Below, one piece after another: positions 51,401-63,458 of a DNA stretch of 64,000 nt. Both the position numbers and the translations under genes were made by a program. Position 1 is the stretch's first letter; each line of letters starts with the position of its first letter. Origin of the DNA: Narcine bancroftii (taxonomy: Eukaryota); NCBI RefSeq assembly GCF_036971445.1, contig NC_091475.1, positions 26,660,001 through 26,724,000 of the forward strand, given 5' to 3'. Under the pieces are notes generated by a model. That model searched no databases. It had not been told where the DNA came from and saw only the letters and a program-made list of their open reading frames with translations.

Positions 51401-54400
51401 AAATGGTCAATATGCTTACGCAACTTAATTGAATAAGTGCAACCTATTCTCTATTGCAGTAAAAGAAACAACGTGCAGCCTTAAAACCAATAAATCAAAT
51501 TTATGAAACTTGATACCTGGTGTATGGATTTCAACAGTTGTCCTTGCTGACACAGCGTCTCCCACGTTGTACCAAATGTTGTTGGGGTCCAAAAGCCATT
51601 CTGTGACATGGCAATAGTAATTCCCTCCATCATTTACATCCGTTTTCTCTATAATTAATTTGTAAAGGTCCTTTGAAGTTTTCACAACTTGGAATTTCTT
51701 CCTCTTCTGATCATTGTTCTGGAATTCCCCATAGTACTGAACAATATTATTACGATCAATATTCAGAATAATGTCCTCTTTTTGTCTCTGTGACTTCGTG
51801 AAGAACCAAGTGACCGAGAACTGAGAATCATTTTGAGTTTGAGCAAAAATTTGACAATCGAGTTCAACCATGTCATTAATCATCTTTCGTGTTGTTGATT
51901 CTTGCTGTGCAAGTTGCAAGAGACTTACTACGAAAGGAGAAAATATTACATGATTATACCTTCATTATATTTTTTTGTAGCATTTAAGCTTATTGCATCA
52001 CTCAAGTCATATTTATTTTGGTTGCATAACAGAGAAGTTGCAACCTGGATCTCTGTTCAATTATTCACAACATTTATTAACAGAAGGGAGAGAAAAGCCA
52101 CTTATCCAAGTTCACTAATTATTCAAAGATAGATGGAATTCTCAACATTTTAGGTAATAGTATTAAATGAAAGAAAGAGAGAGAATGAAGTGTGAAAAAC
52201 TGGCAGAAAGAATGCAGATCAATGAAAACCTTGAACCTGTTGTACCAATCTAGAATTAATTAAATCTGCATTGGGTAATATCATTATTTAATCATCAAAC
52301 TCTTTTTAAAAATAAATCTAACATCCAATTACAAAATGTCAGCTATAAACTGTAAAGACAAAAAAGAACTAGTACCTTACCTGGGGGAAAAACAACAACT
52401 TGCACTATGTTAGACGTTGCACTGGCTTTCATGACCCATTCATTTGGATGTTGCCTTTTCCATAACTCTGCATTACATAAAAACTTCCCAGCTTCCAGGT
52501 TACTGGCTCTGGAAACACGCAGATGGACATTATTGGACGCCGTTTTTTCTACTGTTATTTTCCCTTTGAACTCAACTTCCTTGTCTCCCCACACAATTGA
52601 GGTGTCATAAGAGAAAGTAACAAGATGGTAACTATCATTAGAATTAGCAGGTTGAAATTTCCAGGATACAGACGCTGGTAGATGGCGGAGACTTGAAGGT
52701 TGAATGTAACACTGGATGGAAAATGTACCATAGTAACTTGTAGTTGGTGAACGGGTTATGGCAGTAACTTTCAGTATGCTTTCTGTAAACATTAAAAAAA
52801 GAGAAATTAATGAAACTCACCAGTTCTTTTGAGAATATTCGGCAATCTCAAACTAAACTAATCTGGAGTAAAGCTTTGATGTTTCCAAAGTGAACAATAA
52901 TTGTTGAAAGTAACATCAAATCAGTTCCCTGGGTTCTGAGCTCCCCATCAACAGACAAGCTGACATACCTGCCACTGATTTATGTCGAACTAACTCACTT
53001 GTGCAGATTTCACAGTTAACTCTCCCAGAAGACTTGGCTCTCAGCTGGAATAGAGCTTCCAAACCCCCCACAAATGGTTTGTTTGAGTGGTTTCCGTAAC
53101 TGGAGGGTTCACAGTAAACCCCTCCCATATAAAAACACTAAAGAAATTCTGACTTCCTGATTGCCTCCTCCCCTGCTTAGCCAACTGTTAAAGCTGCAAA
53201 ATACATTATGAATTTGTCAAATGTGTGCAAGATAGTTTTCTTAATCAATACATAGAGGAACCGACTCGGGACGGTGTAATACTGGATCTCCTGTTAGGGA
53301 ATGAGATAGGTCAGGTGCCTGAGGTTAATGTTGGAGAACAAATTGGGTCTAGTGATCACAACTCTATTAGTTTTAGGGTAGTTTTAGGGAAGAGCAAAGA
53401 AGGGCCTAAAGTTGAGGTTCTGGATTGGAAAAAAGCAAATTTTGAAGGAATGAGAATGGCTTTGGGGAGTATTGAGTGGGACATGATTTTTTCAGGAAAG
53501 GATGTAAATGAAAAATGGAGAATATTCAAAGAAGAAATTTTGAGAGTACAGAGTAGATATGTCCCAGTGAGGATTAAAGGAAGGCTGGAAGTCATAGGGA
53601 GCCTTGGTTTTCGAGGAATATTAGAAATTTGGTTAGGAGAAAGAGGGAGGTGTACAAGAGGTATAAACAGCAGGGTGTTGAGAAATTGAAAGAGGACTAC
53701 AAGGAGTGTAGAAAAAAATCTTAAGAAAGAAGTTAGAAAGGCCAAAAAGAAGCACGAAGAGGCTTTGGCAGGCAGAGTAAGAATAAATCCAAAGGGTTTC
53801 TATAGGTACATTAAAAGTAAAAGATTAGTGAAGGATAGAATTGGACCCCTTGTAGATAGGGAGGGTAGGCTATGTGAAAAGTCAGAGGAGATGGGGGAAA
53901 TTTTAAATGATTTCTTTTCCTCAGTATTCACAAGGGAAAAAAATATTGTACCAGTTGAAGTAAAGAAAAATAGTGGGGAGGTCATGAATCATATAAGGAT
54001 AACTGAGGAGGTAGTGATGGCAGTGTTAAAAAAGATAAAGGTGGACAAATCTCCGGGTCCGGACAATGTATTCCCAAGGACACTCAGGGAGACCAGTGTA
54101 CAGATAGTGGGGCCATTAACAGAGATATTTAGGATGTCACTGGTCACGGGGGTAGTGCCAGAGGATTGGAGGGTGGCTCATGTTGTTCCGCTGTTTAAGA
54201 AAGGGTCCAAATGTAAACCTGGAAATGATAGACCTGTGAGTCTGACGTCTGTGGTGGGTAAGTTGATGGAAAGTGTTCTGAGGGATGGCATTTACAAATA
54301 TTTGGAAGAACAGGGATTGATAGGTAGTAGTCAGCATGGTTTTGTCAGGGGTAGATCATGCTTAATAAACCTATAGAGTTTTTCGAGGGGGTTACAAAAA

Positions 54401-57400
54401 AGATTGATGAAGGGAAGGCTGTGGATGTTGTCTATTTAGACTTTAGTAAAGATTTTGACAAAGTTCCCCACAGGAGGTTAGGAAAAAAGGTGGAGGCATG
54501 AGGTATAAATAAGGAGGTAGTGAAATGGATTCAGCAATGGTTGGATGGGAGGTGTCAGAGAGTACTGGTAGAAAATTGTTTGTCAAATTGGAGACCGGTA
54601 ACTAGTGGAGTTCCTCAGGGATCAGTCCTGGGTCCACTATTGTTTGTTATATATATTAACGATCTGGAGGAAGGGGTGGTAAATTAGATAAGTAAGTTTG
54701 CAGATGATACAAAGATTGGTGGTATTGTGGACAGTGAGGAAGAAAACAGTAGCTTAAAAAGAGATGTAGGAAAGCTAGAGGAGTGGGCTGAGAAATGGCT
54801 GATGGAATTTAATACGGATAAGAGTGAAGTGTTGCATTTTGGAAAGGCAAGTGGTAAAAATGTTAATAAAAATGTCATAGCATACAAAAGGATTTAAGTA
54901 ACCTCAAACAATTAAAGAAAAGAATACTCTTTGCCTCATAACTGGTCTTCTCCATAGAAATCAATGGATATATCCCTGTGCCACATACAAGCTGTTGCAG
55001 GTTTACTGAGTGGATTCTGCAGTGTAAATGTGGAGGGTCTCCATAAACACACCCCTTCACCTGCCAACTGTAGTCATACAACCAGTGACAAAAGTTTGCA
55101 GTTTTTTTGCATTTGACCTTGTGCAGAAATACTAATTTTTCTGTATTTCCACACAAAACCAAACTCATTATAAATTAGATGCTTGAACTTTGTTGCCGAT
55201 TTGATGTTATTTTCCTACAATTAGTTTGATTTTAATAATAATCTTCCAAGTAAATCTACAGGATGGTTAGTTAAGTTGTGGGTGCAGCTCCCTGTGACAC
55301 AGGAGGACAAAATACATCACAGGGTAACTTTGCATCTTAACCATAGCTGAGTGAATGACATGTGGAGACAGGGCTTTAATCCAACGATTTCAGGTTACTC
55401 AGTAATTTATTCATTTAAAAATAGTGCATAAAACCCAAATAAGGGTTTTAAATATTAAAAGAAATACAAGAAACCTTTCATTTTCTACAAAAATGCATTC
55501 ATTCAGCTAATTTTAAAATACACCCAAAAACAGGTGGATCTCAAGTAAAACATGAAAATCTGCAGATACTGTGATTGAATTAAAACCACAATGCTGGAGA
55601 AACTCAGCTATTCACAAGAAAGTTCAAATTAAAAACCCACTCTAGGCCTAAGTGAGGACCTTGCAATTCCTTGCATTAAAATTAACTACCACAGATACTC
55701 AATATTGAATTGCTTACCAAGAGATGTAATGGTCACTGCCTCATCATTGCTGATGTACTCCTTGATTAAATCCCACTTTTGGTTGCCATTTACTGCCCAT
55801 TGCATCACTTTGCAAGAATACAGTCCTTCATCTGAAGTCCACGCATTATAAATTCCCAGCGTGAAAATATCCGATCTCACTCTTGCCATTCTGACATCAC
55901 CATTAATGATACGTTTATGATAGGGCTTAGTTGCAACTTGAACACCATAATGGTTCATTTCAATTATATCACTCATTATGCTCTGCTTGTTTTTAAACTG
56001 CCAAATAATAGAGAGTTGGCTGTTGGTGCTTGTTACTGAATGAATGTGGCAGGCAAAATGAAGAAAATCTCCTTCCAAAATCTGAGTGGTATTACTGCTG
56101 ATCACCACCTTAAGATCGGCTTCTATGAAATAACAGAGGGTGGTATTAATATCTCTGGTACTTGTGGCACTAAACTCTTGGTCGAGAAAACCATCAAAGA
56201 TTTCATTTGACAATGTTAGATAACATCACGATCAAAAGGTGAACTTAATATATCAATGATAAACCATCAAATATCAATTGTACTTATGATCAACTAACTC
56301 CAATCTTTTTATAGTTAGGTATCTTTTTACATAAAGATTCAAGATTCAATTTATTGTCATGTAATAAAGACAATGCAATATTACACAAAATTGATTTTCG
56401 TCTGCTGTAAGGCAAAGAGATTCGCCTTCAACTGAAATTGCCTGACGTTCCTCTTACAGTCAGAGAAAGAGAAGCAAAACGAGAGTTCCCCCCAGAGTCA
56501 CTCACTGAGTGTCTGTGGATTTGCCTCCAGTGATCCCGCAACCCCTGCAGCCGCAGAGTCCGGTCCAAACAAACTATCAGCAGCCTGAGCTCCAGATCTG
56601 AACCTCTGACATGATCAGGAACCCTTCAGTGCCCTTGGCACCTTCTCACATCCCAGCTCTGACACCTGGTACCCCTTCTGAGCCATTCTCCAGCAGTCTG
56701 CAGCCCACTGCGAATCCCTTGACCTCAGTAGCCAGCAGCCCACAGTAGGCATGGGTTCTCCACCTCGTCACCAGCAGCCCGCTGTCTCAGCCGCTGAGCC
56801 CCTCACTGGCCGGCTGCCGTGATCACTGTCCTATGGGTCATCTCTTTCACCTCCTTCTTAAAAGGGGGTTGTCCCCTCATTCTCTGGTGCTTTGCACCAA
56901 TCCTCTGCTCCCCAGGTGTCTGAAATCTCTCGAGGCTGCTGCCGATCATAGGTGCTGCCATCTTGGGTGCAACCTGCGGTTGCAATATTTTATAAAACCA
57001 CCATCAGCTCCATTTACAGGCCTTTTAAAGCCTATGTGGAGCTGACAGCGAGACTGGGTGGTTGGACCCTGAAGCGCCGCGGCTCCACTCTCCACAGATC
57101 TGCACCAGCAGTAGTGTTGATGTTGCAGCAGCTCCGACACTGCTGCCATTTTGAATGATAGGCGAAAAATAGATGGAAGGGCAACAAGATAGTAAAAAAG
57201 AGTATCCCGATTCCTTTATCGTCACAAAATTCATTAACTTTCACTTGCTATAAAGTGACACAAAGAGGCGGCACTTCGATAACCCAACGCCCCCATCTAT
57301 AAGAGAAAGATAAGCAAACGAGAGTCCCTTCAGAGACATGGAGTGTCCATGGATTTGCTTCCAGTACTCCCTCAAATTCTGCAGCCTGTCCGCTCCACTG

Positions 57401-60400
57401 GCAAACCCGAGCTCCAAATTATGAGCCACTGATACGATCAGGAAGATTTCAGTGTCCGAGGCCTTTCAGCAGCCCTTCTTGCCATCGGCATCACAAGAAT
57501 ATTAAAACAACACTGTTTCATTACCAAAGATAAATTTTTCCCGTTATGGCTGACCGGAGATCTTATTAAGAACACAATGCATTATTTTTCCTATTATTCT
57601 ATCATAACCATTACAAAAATAAGAAGACTTAATTTTTAAGTTTCTTACTTGGCTGTTGAACAATGACTATAATCTCCTCAGACTTCTTCGAAGAGAATGC
57701 TCCTGTTGCAACTTTCTCACTCTCCTCCACCTGACAGTGGTATTTCCCGCCATCCTCTACTTGAATCTGATAAAGTTTCAGAATATATTCCTTGTCAGTT
57801 TTCTTTCGGACTGCCACCCCTCTTGAATTCTCTCTCATTCCATATTCACCATGCAAGGACAGGACTGCATTCGATCCAAAACGCACTATCTCGTCGTGGT
57901 TCAAGAACCAGGCCACTGAGAAGAAACGATCTACAGTGTTCTGAGCTTTAATTATGCAGGTGATTTCCAGTGATCCCCCAACATCAATATTGACTTCTGT
58001 GGCTTTAATAAGAGCAAGAAAATCTTTTCCTGCAGGGAAATAAAACAAGTCCACTTAGTACATTGGGTATACGTCATAACTTTAGCCTGGCGGAAAACCA
58101 ACATACCATTGCTAAATTTGATGTGCTGTTGAAACAGTGGAATCAAATGTAATGGACATGCACACTCAGAGTCCGAAACATACAGTACAGAAACAGACCC
58201 CTTCAGTGCATCACACGTACCCATCTAAACGAATCCCAGTGATGGCACTGCTTGTCCCACATTGTTTTCGGGGAAGGAATGATGAAGGCTGTCTTTTACA
58301 ATATGAAACTTCACTGAGTTCGCTCCACACACTCACCTGCCCCATTCTAAAAACCTATCTGTTGGACTTCAGACAGTTCCAGTTAATTAATCAGATTAAT
58401 CCAATGCTTATTACAATTTGACCATAATCACCATGTTGAGGGCATAACACAACACATTTAATGATGATGGGAAGCAAAATTTGGAGGCAGATTTGGGAAT
58501 CTAAAAAGCAGGAAACAATGAATGTAAATTTTAATCATTGCAGCTCCTGTTAGCTCTTCCTATCAACCTTTGGGACTCAATATTGGCACATCTCGAACTT
58601 ACTTCTGAATGGTGTAACCTGGTGCTTAAATCTTATGGCAGTTAAAAATGTCAGTAGGTTCCCCCTAGTTAAACGAGAGAGTACTATTGAATGTGAAACT
58701 GATCACAGCAGCAACTGAGGCTTAACAGCAGTGATTTACACTCCATTAATATAATACTGTGTCTCATCAAAGGCCAGTGTCTCTAACTTCAAGAGAGGAG
58801 CTGCATCCAAGACCATTCCCACTATACTTAACCTTTCCAATCCACTATTGTTCCTTATAATCTACCACCATTGCTCACACTCACTGCAATTGCTATTCCA
58901 AGGAAGCAACTCAACTGTAAGCAGGGGGAAAAATATGGGAAATTTTAGAATACATGCAAATATGCGCACGAAAGGTATTAAAGGGGCCTTTAATTGCTCA
59001 TGGTTGCTTCATATGGCCCTTGGAAATATGTTCAATCAAACTAACACATGTAAATTCTTATTTAGGACCATCTTTTTTGTAATAAGGGAAATGCTTTGAA
59101 TAAAGTGATAGATTTCTGCTGCCTGTACAGGTGACTAATGTCAAGGATGTCCAATTCATGTTATTTGAAATCTGAACATCTGTTGGGTGAAGCAGATAGA
59201 GATTAGGTCGGGAACTGCCAGAAAGGTTCTACCCAAATAATCAGAAAAAAGCAATGAGATCAGCAAAGTCGTGCCCCAAGCCTCTCTTTTGTAATTTCTC
59301 AAGGATACCAAAGCTAAAAGAGATAATCAGTGGCAATGATGCCATTCTGAAATCCATACAAGGGTCTGACCTACCACATAAAAATTCTATTGTTTCTCAG
59401 GTTGCACACTATTTCATGATGGATTACCATTATGAATCAGCATGTGTAAAGCTGCACATAAGACAACAGAGCCCTGCAGCACAGCAGTGGGCCTTTCACC
59501 CCATCTAGTCTATGCTGGACTATTATTCTGCCTAGTCCCATTGTCCTGCATCCAGACCATTGTCCCCCATATCCGTCCCATCCATGTACCTATACACATT
59601 TTTCTTAAATGCCAAAATGGAGCCTGTGTTCACCATTTCAGCTGGCAGCTCATTCCATTCTCCCATCACTCTCTGCATGATGTTCCCCATAATGTTCCCT
59701 TTAAACATTTCCTCTTTTACTCTTAACCCATGTCTTCTAGTTCCAAGTGGGACCTTGTCAAAGGTCTTACTAAAATCCTGCAGACGACAGCCACGACCTT
59801 CCCTTCATCAACTTTCTTAGTAAATGAACAGTGGAATTCTTCACCCAAGTCATCTCTGACGCTCAGTGTAACTGCTAATGCATTGCAATTGCTAATTAAT
59901 GCTAATAATTGAAAGGTACAGATGTGATGTTGTTAAGTGCAGCTTTCAACATACGGTTGGTACTGACTGCACTTCGAAGTAAGCAATTCAAAGTGCCATA
60001 AATATTGAGACTTCCTCACATCAGAAAGCCCTAGATAGCCTAGTGAATGAAATAATGGATTCCCGTATTTAGCTCTCTCTATACAAGGGGCGTGAAAGGG
60101 GAATGAGGGAAATTCTGAGACAGAGACTGGGGTAGGGGAGAGGTGAAGATCTAGATTTTTAGGGCAGTGAGGTTAAGAACCTCAAACTCAATTTAGAAAT
60201 GTTGCAAGAAGAAAATCAAGGGTGCTTGAAGACAAAGTATGCATTTTACTTTTTAAGAAAATTAGCTGGCGGCAAGGTTAGGGTAGCAGTTAGTGCCACT
60301 CTGGGGTTCAATTCTGGCACTATCTGTAAGGAGTTTATATGTTCTGCCTGTATCTGCGTGGGTTTCCTCCCACCTTGTACAGGGGTTGTAGATTAATTGG

Positions 60401-63400
60401 GATATTTGGGTGCCCAGGCTCATGCTGTATGACTAAATTTAACATTTAAAATAAAAAGATAAATAGCATCCTACACCCCATAATACCAACCAAGCAATGT
60501 ACTACCTCTCATTTTCCCACTATTAGCATGCTGGTTGTTGAATATGCGAGCCCATGTTTGGATAGACATGTTTAACTTTGCTTTTAGAAATAGTGTTAGC
60601 TGGGCAAGAGCAGCTGAACTGTTTGCTTCCCAAATGTATCCAAGATACATCCCAGATACATCCCAAAATCATCAAGAATGGAGGAATCATCTTATATTCT
60701 GATATCAATCCAGACTGTGGCTTCCAAAACATTTCTGATAGTTTACAAAAAAAGAACTTTCCAATTCCACAGCATCCATTGCCCTTTTCACCTTGGTTTA
60801 TATTCTCTTTAAGACAAAATCTTTGTCTGGAGACTTATAACATTCATGTTGCTTTTTGTTCTTTATTTATTGGAAATCACCAAAGAAATGTGTTACTTTG
60901 AAGGACTAATAAACCACATGCTGCCAGTTCAAGCTGGAATTTCAAGCCACCACTGGCATTAAATTTGGCAGCGAAACTCTATTTCTTGCCTCATCATGGA
61001 TGAGGTTTCCATCATAGGGGATGGGCAATGATGCAATCTCACCCTTCTCTCCTATATGTATAAAAAACATAATAGCATGGCCTAACTTTGGATCAAGTTT
61101 ATACTCTATCACTGATTCTTTCAGCGATAAATCTTATAGCAATACACATAGGGCTAGCTCAGAAAATGACCTTTCTCGATATGATTTCACCATGCCAAGC
61201 GATGCATGTAGAGAATTGGATTGGAGGTCCAGACTGGCAGAGAGGATCACTGTAGTACCCCCTGTCCCACCATCCATCAAAGAGATCTACTGGGTTGTTG
61301 CCTGAAGAGGGGATGCAAAATTGTTGAGGACTCCTTCCACCCCGCGCACATCATCTTTCAGCCACTCCCATTGGGAAAGAGATTCAGGAGTATCAGAGCC
61401 ACCAGGCTGTGAAACAGCTTCTTCCCGTGGGCGGTGAGAATGCTGAACGACAAAAGGAACTGCTCACACTAACACTCTAATATTTACTAAACAAGATCTA
61501 TTTATTTATATGTATATTTGTTCTTCATATATATCATATGCTTTAAATGTTTCTGTCTGGATGTAGCTAGCACTTCAAGAAACTGCAGTTGTATACAGAA
61601 ATACATATAATTATCAATGATCCTTACCCATGCTTTTAACATTCACTGTGACATTATCAGTCCGTCTTTCAGTCAGTTCCTGCCAAGATTTGTCCTGGTC
61701 TTGAATCCACTCGATGCTATGGCAGTAAAACTGCCCCTGCTCAGACTTCTGCAGCTTGTGGATGGTGAGTTTGAAAGAGGTGGTTCCAATCTTGTCCAGC
61801 TGTACATCTCCCGATTTCTGTCTTTGCTTGTACAATTCTCCAGCATGTAGCGTGAAACCTTTTGTTAGAGAGATGACCCTGATATTCTGATTTTCTTTCT
61901 GTAGGTACCATGTGACGGCCACATGTGTGTGGTATGGTGTTTGTTTATATACTTCACAGACCAATTCCAGCGAATCACCTTCTACTTTATTTAGGACTTT
62001 GGGTACCAATGTTGCCCTGAGCGTATCTGGAATAACTGCACAAGAACAAGTTATATTATGATATGCAGACTCCATATTGAAAGGACATAGGCCATATACA
62101 AGAGTGTAATAGTTCCCTGATCTTATTTCTTTTACCTTGAGACATTGACAAACAATTCAGTTTTTCCACTCTGTAATATCCTGAATTGAACAAGAATACT
62201 GCTCTTGGGATTTCAGAAGGTTCTGACTGAAAAGTGCATGGGTATTGGGTAAAAGATGGACTAGGCTGGAATACCTGATTGACTGCACCCATTTGGTCCA
62301 AGCAGTCTCCATGCACATTTTTTCAGTACATTAATGACCACATAAAGCAAGACAAACCTTATTGCTGATTGCTTTTTCAGATTAACAAATGGATTATACA
62401 TACAGATGCTGTACAATGTAGCAGCATTTCTGTCCTTGGGGTTTAATTTTACCAAACACATTGTCATCAGTCTCTGGGACATGGGGAGCTGCAAGCAACA
62501 AACAATAAAGTTTTATACTGTTCTTAATTTGCTTGAGCTGTCTATTCATTTGATTTAGTGGCCAGTAAATGTGCTTGTGGTTTTTCTACCTTTTCCCACA
62601 AATCACTAAAGATTCCTACAAGCAGCCTACCTGCATCTTGCATGATGTGTTGCTTTTTGCTTAATTGAATTTCAAACATTAAATACAGTTAAACATTTGT
62701 GTATTTTGTCATGCTGCTAGGTTTTGTAATTGGGAAATGCAATGTGCTTCATTATGAATTATGGACTCAAATATTGATTTTGCTTTTTAGATATTACCTG
62801 ATAGGCTGAATTTTTCTTTTGACTGCATTAAGAAATATTGGACCTTTTTTTCGTGCTATATATATAAAATTTCATGGGTGTATTGCTCTTGGGATTCAAC
62901 ATTATGTATTCTTTGTTTTCAAATAAGGTTGGTCTTGAGGTGTTACATTTTGAAATTCTTTTGCAGGGTTTTTATTATGTTGCAATTATGCACTGACACA
63001 TATTTAATTGGAAGAAACCGCCTTGCTGCATAATTTCAATAGGAATGGTCACAGCTGAAGAGAAAAGAGAAGTACCTCACCTGTCAAATTCACCAGTGCA
63101 TTGTAGGATCCCCAGTATGTACTTTCAGTGTTGGGGGTGTAGCACTCAAACTCTCCTTCATCACTTTTCTGCAGATTTGTAATATGTAACCGTACAGAGT
63201 CATTTTTGATTCTCTCTATGTAGATCTCCCCTGCTTCAACTCTTCTTTTGTACATAGCATAAGGAAAGTTGGAATTATATGTGCTGATAATCTGGATTGG
63301 CAATGTAGGGTTCCTTGAATGAGTGATAGACCATTCAAAGTTCTGCTCTACAGATTGCTGAATTCCACTCACTTCACATTGAATTGCTATATGACGTCCT

Positions 63401-63458
63401 TCAGCTCGAATTAGGGGCCCTTCTTGTAATTTCACCTTTCTTTGTGCAATACACAGAT
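42386..63458 (-). CDS. CD101: EWI-family IgSF membrane protein, CD101/IGSF2-like (alternative IGSF3-like); 8 coding exons in window, leader exon not found
   Basis: Exons 63081-63458, 61628-62035, 57649-58029, 55718-56122, 52381-52782, 51517-51927, 48514-48927 and 42386-42615 all have AG/GT boundaries. They splice in phase 1 into one open frame of 3029 nt. Seven V-set domains (C...W...D-x-G-x-Y/F-x-C), an EWI motif in domain 2, and a TM segment C-x-S-x-x-LFYFxFxYPF typical of IGSF3/CD101. Seven domains and about 1020 aa with a leader match CD101; IGSF3 has eight domains. Confidence 0.8.
45361..45447. repeat. (AC)n microsatellite, about 43 units
   Basis: Perfect dinucleotide run in the last intron. 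Confidence 0.98.
46200..47730 (+). mobile_element. Ancient decayed CR1 in intron
   Basis: Collinear degraded CR1 ORF2 landmarks (tggggaatctttaaa, ttaggccacta, aaatttggggatgacacc, caaatgggccacttctgtgc). Confidence 0.45.
48105..48285. repeat. A-rich minisatellite, unit about TGACAAAAAATAGAAAATAGAAAAAAA(A), 5-6 copies
   Basis: Tandem copies are directly visible. They explain the spurious Phe-rich ORF 48062-48346. Confidence 0.9.
48514..48927 (-). CDS. CD101: Exon: Ig V domain 7
   Basis: Acceptor ttttgctggttcggcag|GT, donor TCAG|gtaat, 414 nt. Reads FELEC...FSVTWYF...[14 protein letters not shown]. Confidence 0.92.
49019..50119 (-). mobile_element. Solo LTR (about 1.1 kb), contains the assembly gap
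   Basis: TGTTAC...GTCACA termini and a 4-bp TSD GAAT (49015-49018 and 50120-50123). Orientation is inferred from minus-strand ATTAAA at 49099-49104. Confidence 0.8.
49171..49325. other. Assembly gap (155 N)
   Basis: Run of n characters. Confidence 1.
51517..51927 (-). CDS. CD101: Exon: Ig V domain 6
   Basis: Acceptor ctcctttcgtag|TA, donor CCAG|gtatc, 411 nt. Reads VELDC...FSVTWFF...[14 protein letters not shown]. Confidence 0.92.
52381..52782 (-). CDS. CD101: Exon: Ig V domain 5
   Basis: Acceptor tgtttacag|AA, donor CCAG|gtaag, 402 nt. Reads FSIQC...VSWKFQP...[17 protein letters not shown]. Confidence 0.92.
53210..54850 (+). mobile_element. CR1 ORF2 internal fragment (end of endonuclease to RT), intronic, antisense to the host gene
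   Basis: Peptides LDLLLGN...[21 protein letters not shown]...[16 protein letters not shown]...[11 protein letters not shown]...[22 protein letters not shown] and KFADDTK. Contains stops and frameshifts. Confidence 0.93.
55718..56122 (-). CDS. CD101: Exon: Ig V domain 4
   Basis: Acceptor atttcatag|AA, donor CTTG|gtaag, 405 nt. Reads [11 protein letters not shown]...SIIWQF...[12 protein letters not shown]. Confidence 0.92.
56335..57180 (-). repeat. Non-coding interspersed repeat (same family as 18415-19155); a further partial copy lies at 57205-57490
   Basis: Minus-strand 3' end gacaataaattgaatcttgaatctt, plus shared internal blocks. Confidence 0.65.
57649..58029 (-). CDS. CD101: Exon: Ig V domain 3
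   Basis: Acceptor tttccctgcag|GA, donor CCAA|gtaag, 381 nt. Reads [21 protein letters not shown]...[12 protein letters not shown]. Confidence 0.92.
59460..59810 (-). mobile_element. CR1 3' fragment
   Basis: accatttcagctggcagctcattccattc...cttaacccatgtcttctagtt is the reverse complement of the CR1 3' region at 25390-25500. Confidence 0.7.
60268..60430 (+). mobile_element. V-SINE, internally deleted
   Basis: GGGTTCAATTC B-box-like motif and core gtaaggagtttatatgttctgcctgtatctgcgtgggtttcctcc. Confidence 0.6.
61190..61450 (+). mobile_element. Rex1/Babar 3' fragment
   Basis: Peptide AERIT...PSIKEIY...[27 protein letters not shown]...NSFFP. Confidence 0.7.
61628..62035 (-). CDS. CD101: Exon: Ig V domain 2 containing the EWI motif
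   Basis: Acceptor cttgtgcag|TT, donor ATGG|gtaag, 408 nt. Reads VIPDTL...EGDSLELVC...HTHVAVTW...[18 protein letters not shown]. Confidence 0.93.
63081..63458 (-). CDS. CD101: Exon: end of signal peptide + Ig V domain 1 ([20 protein letters not shown]...[12 protein letters not shown])
   Basis: Acceptor ttctttatacag|AT, donor ACAG|gtgag, 378 nt. Motifs QEGPL-x-R-x-EG, EQNFEWS, FPYAMY and [10 protein letters not shown] are typical of EWI domain 1. Confidence 0.93.
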
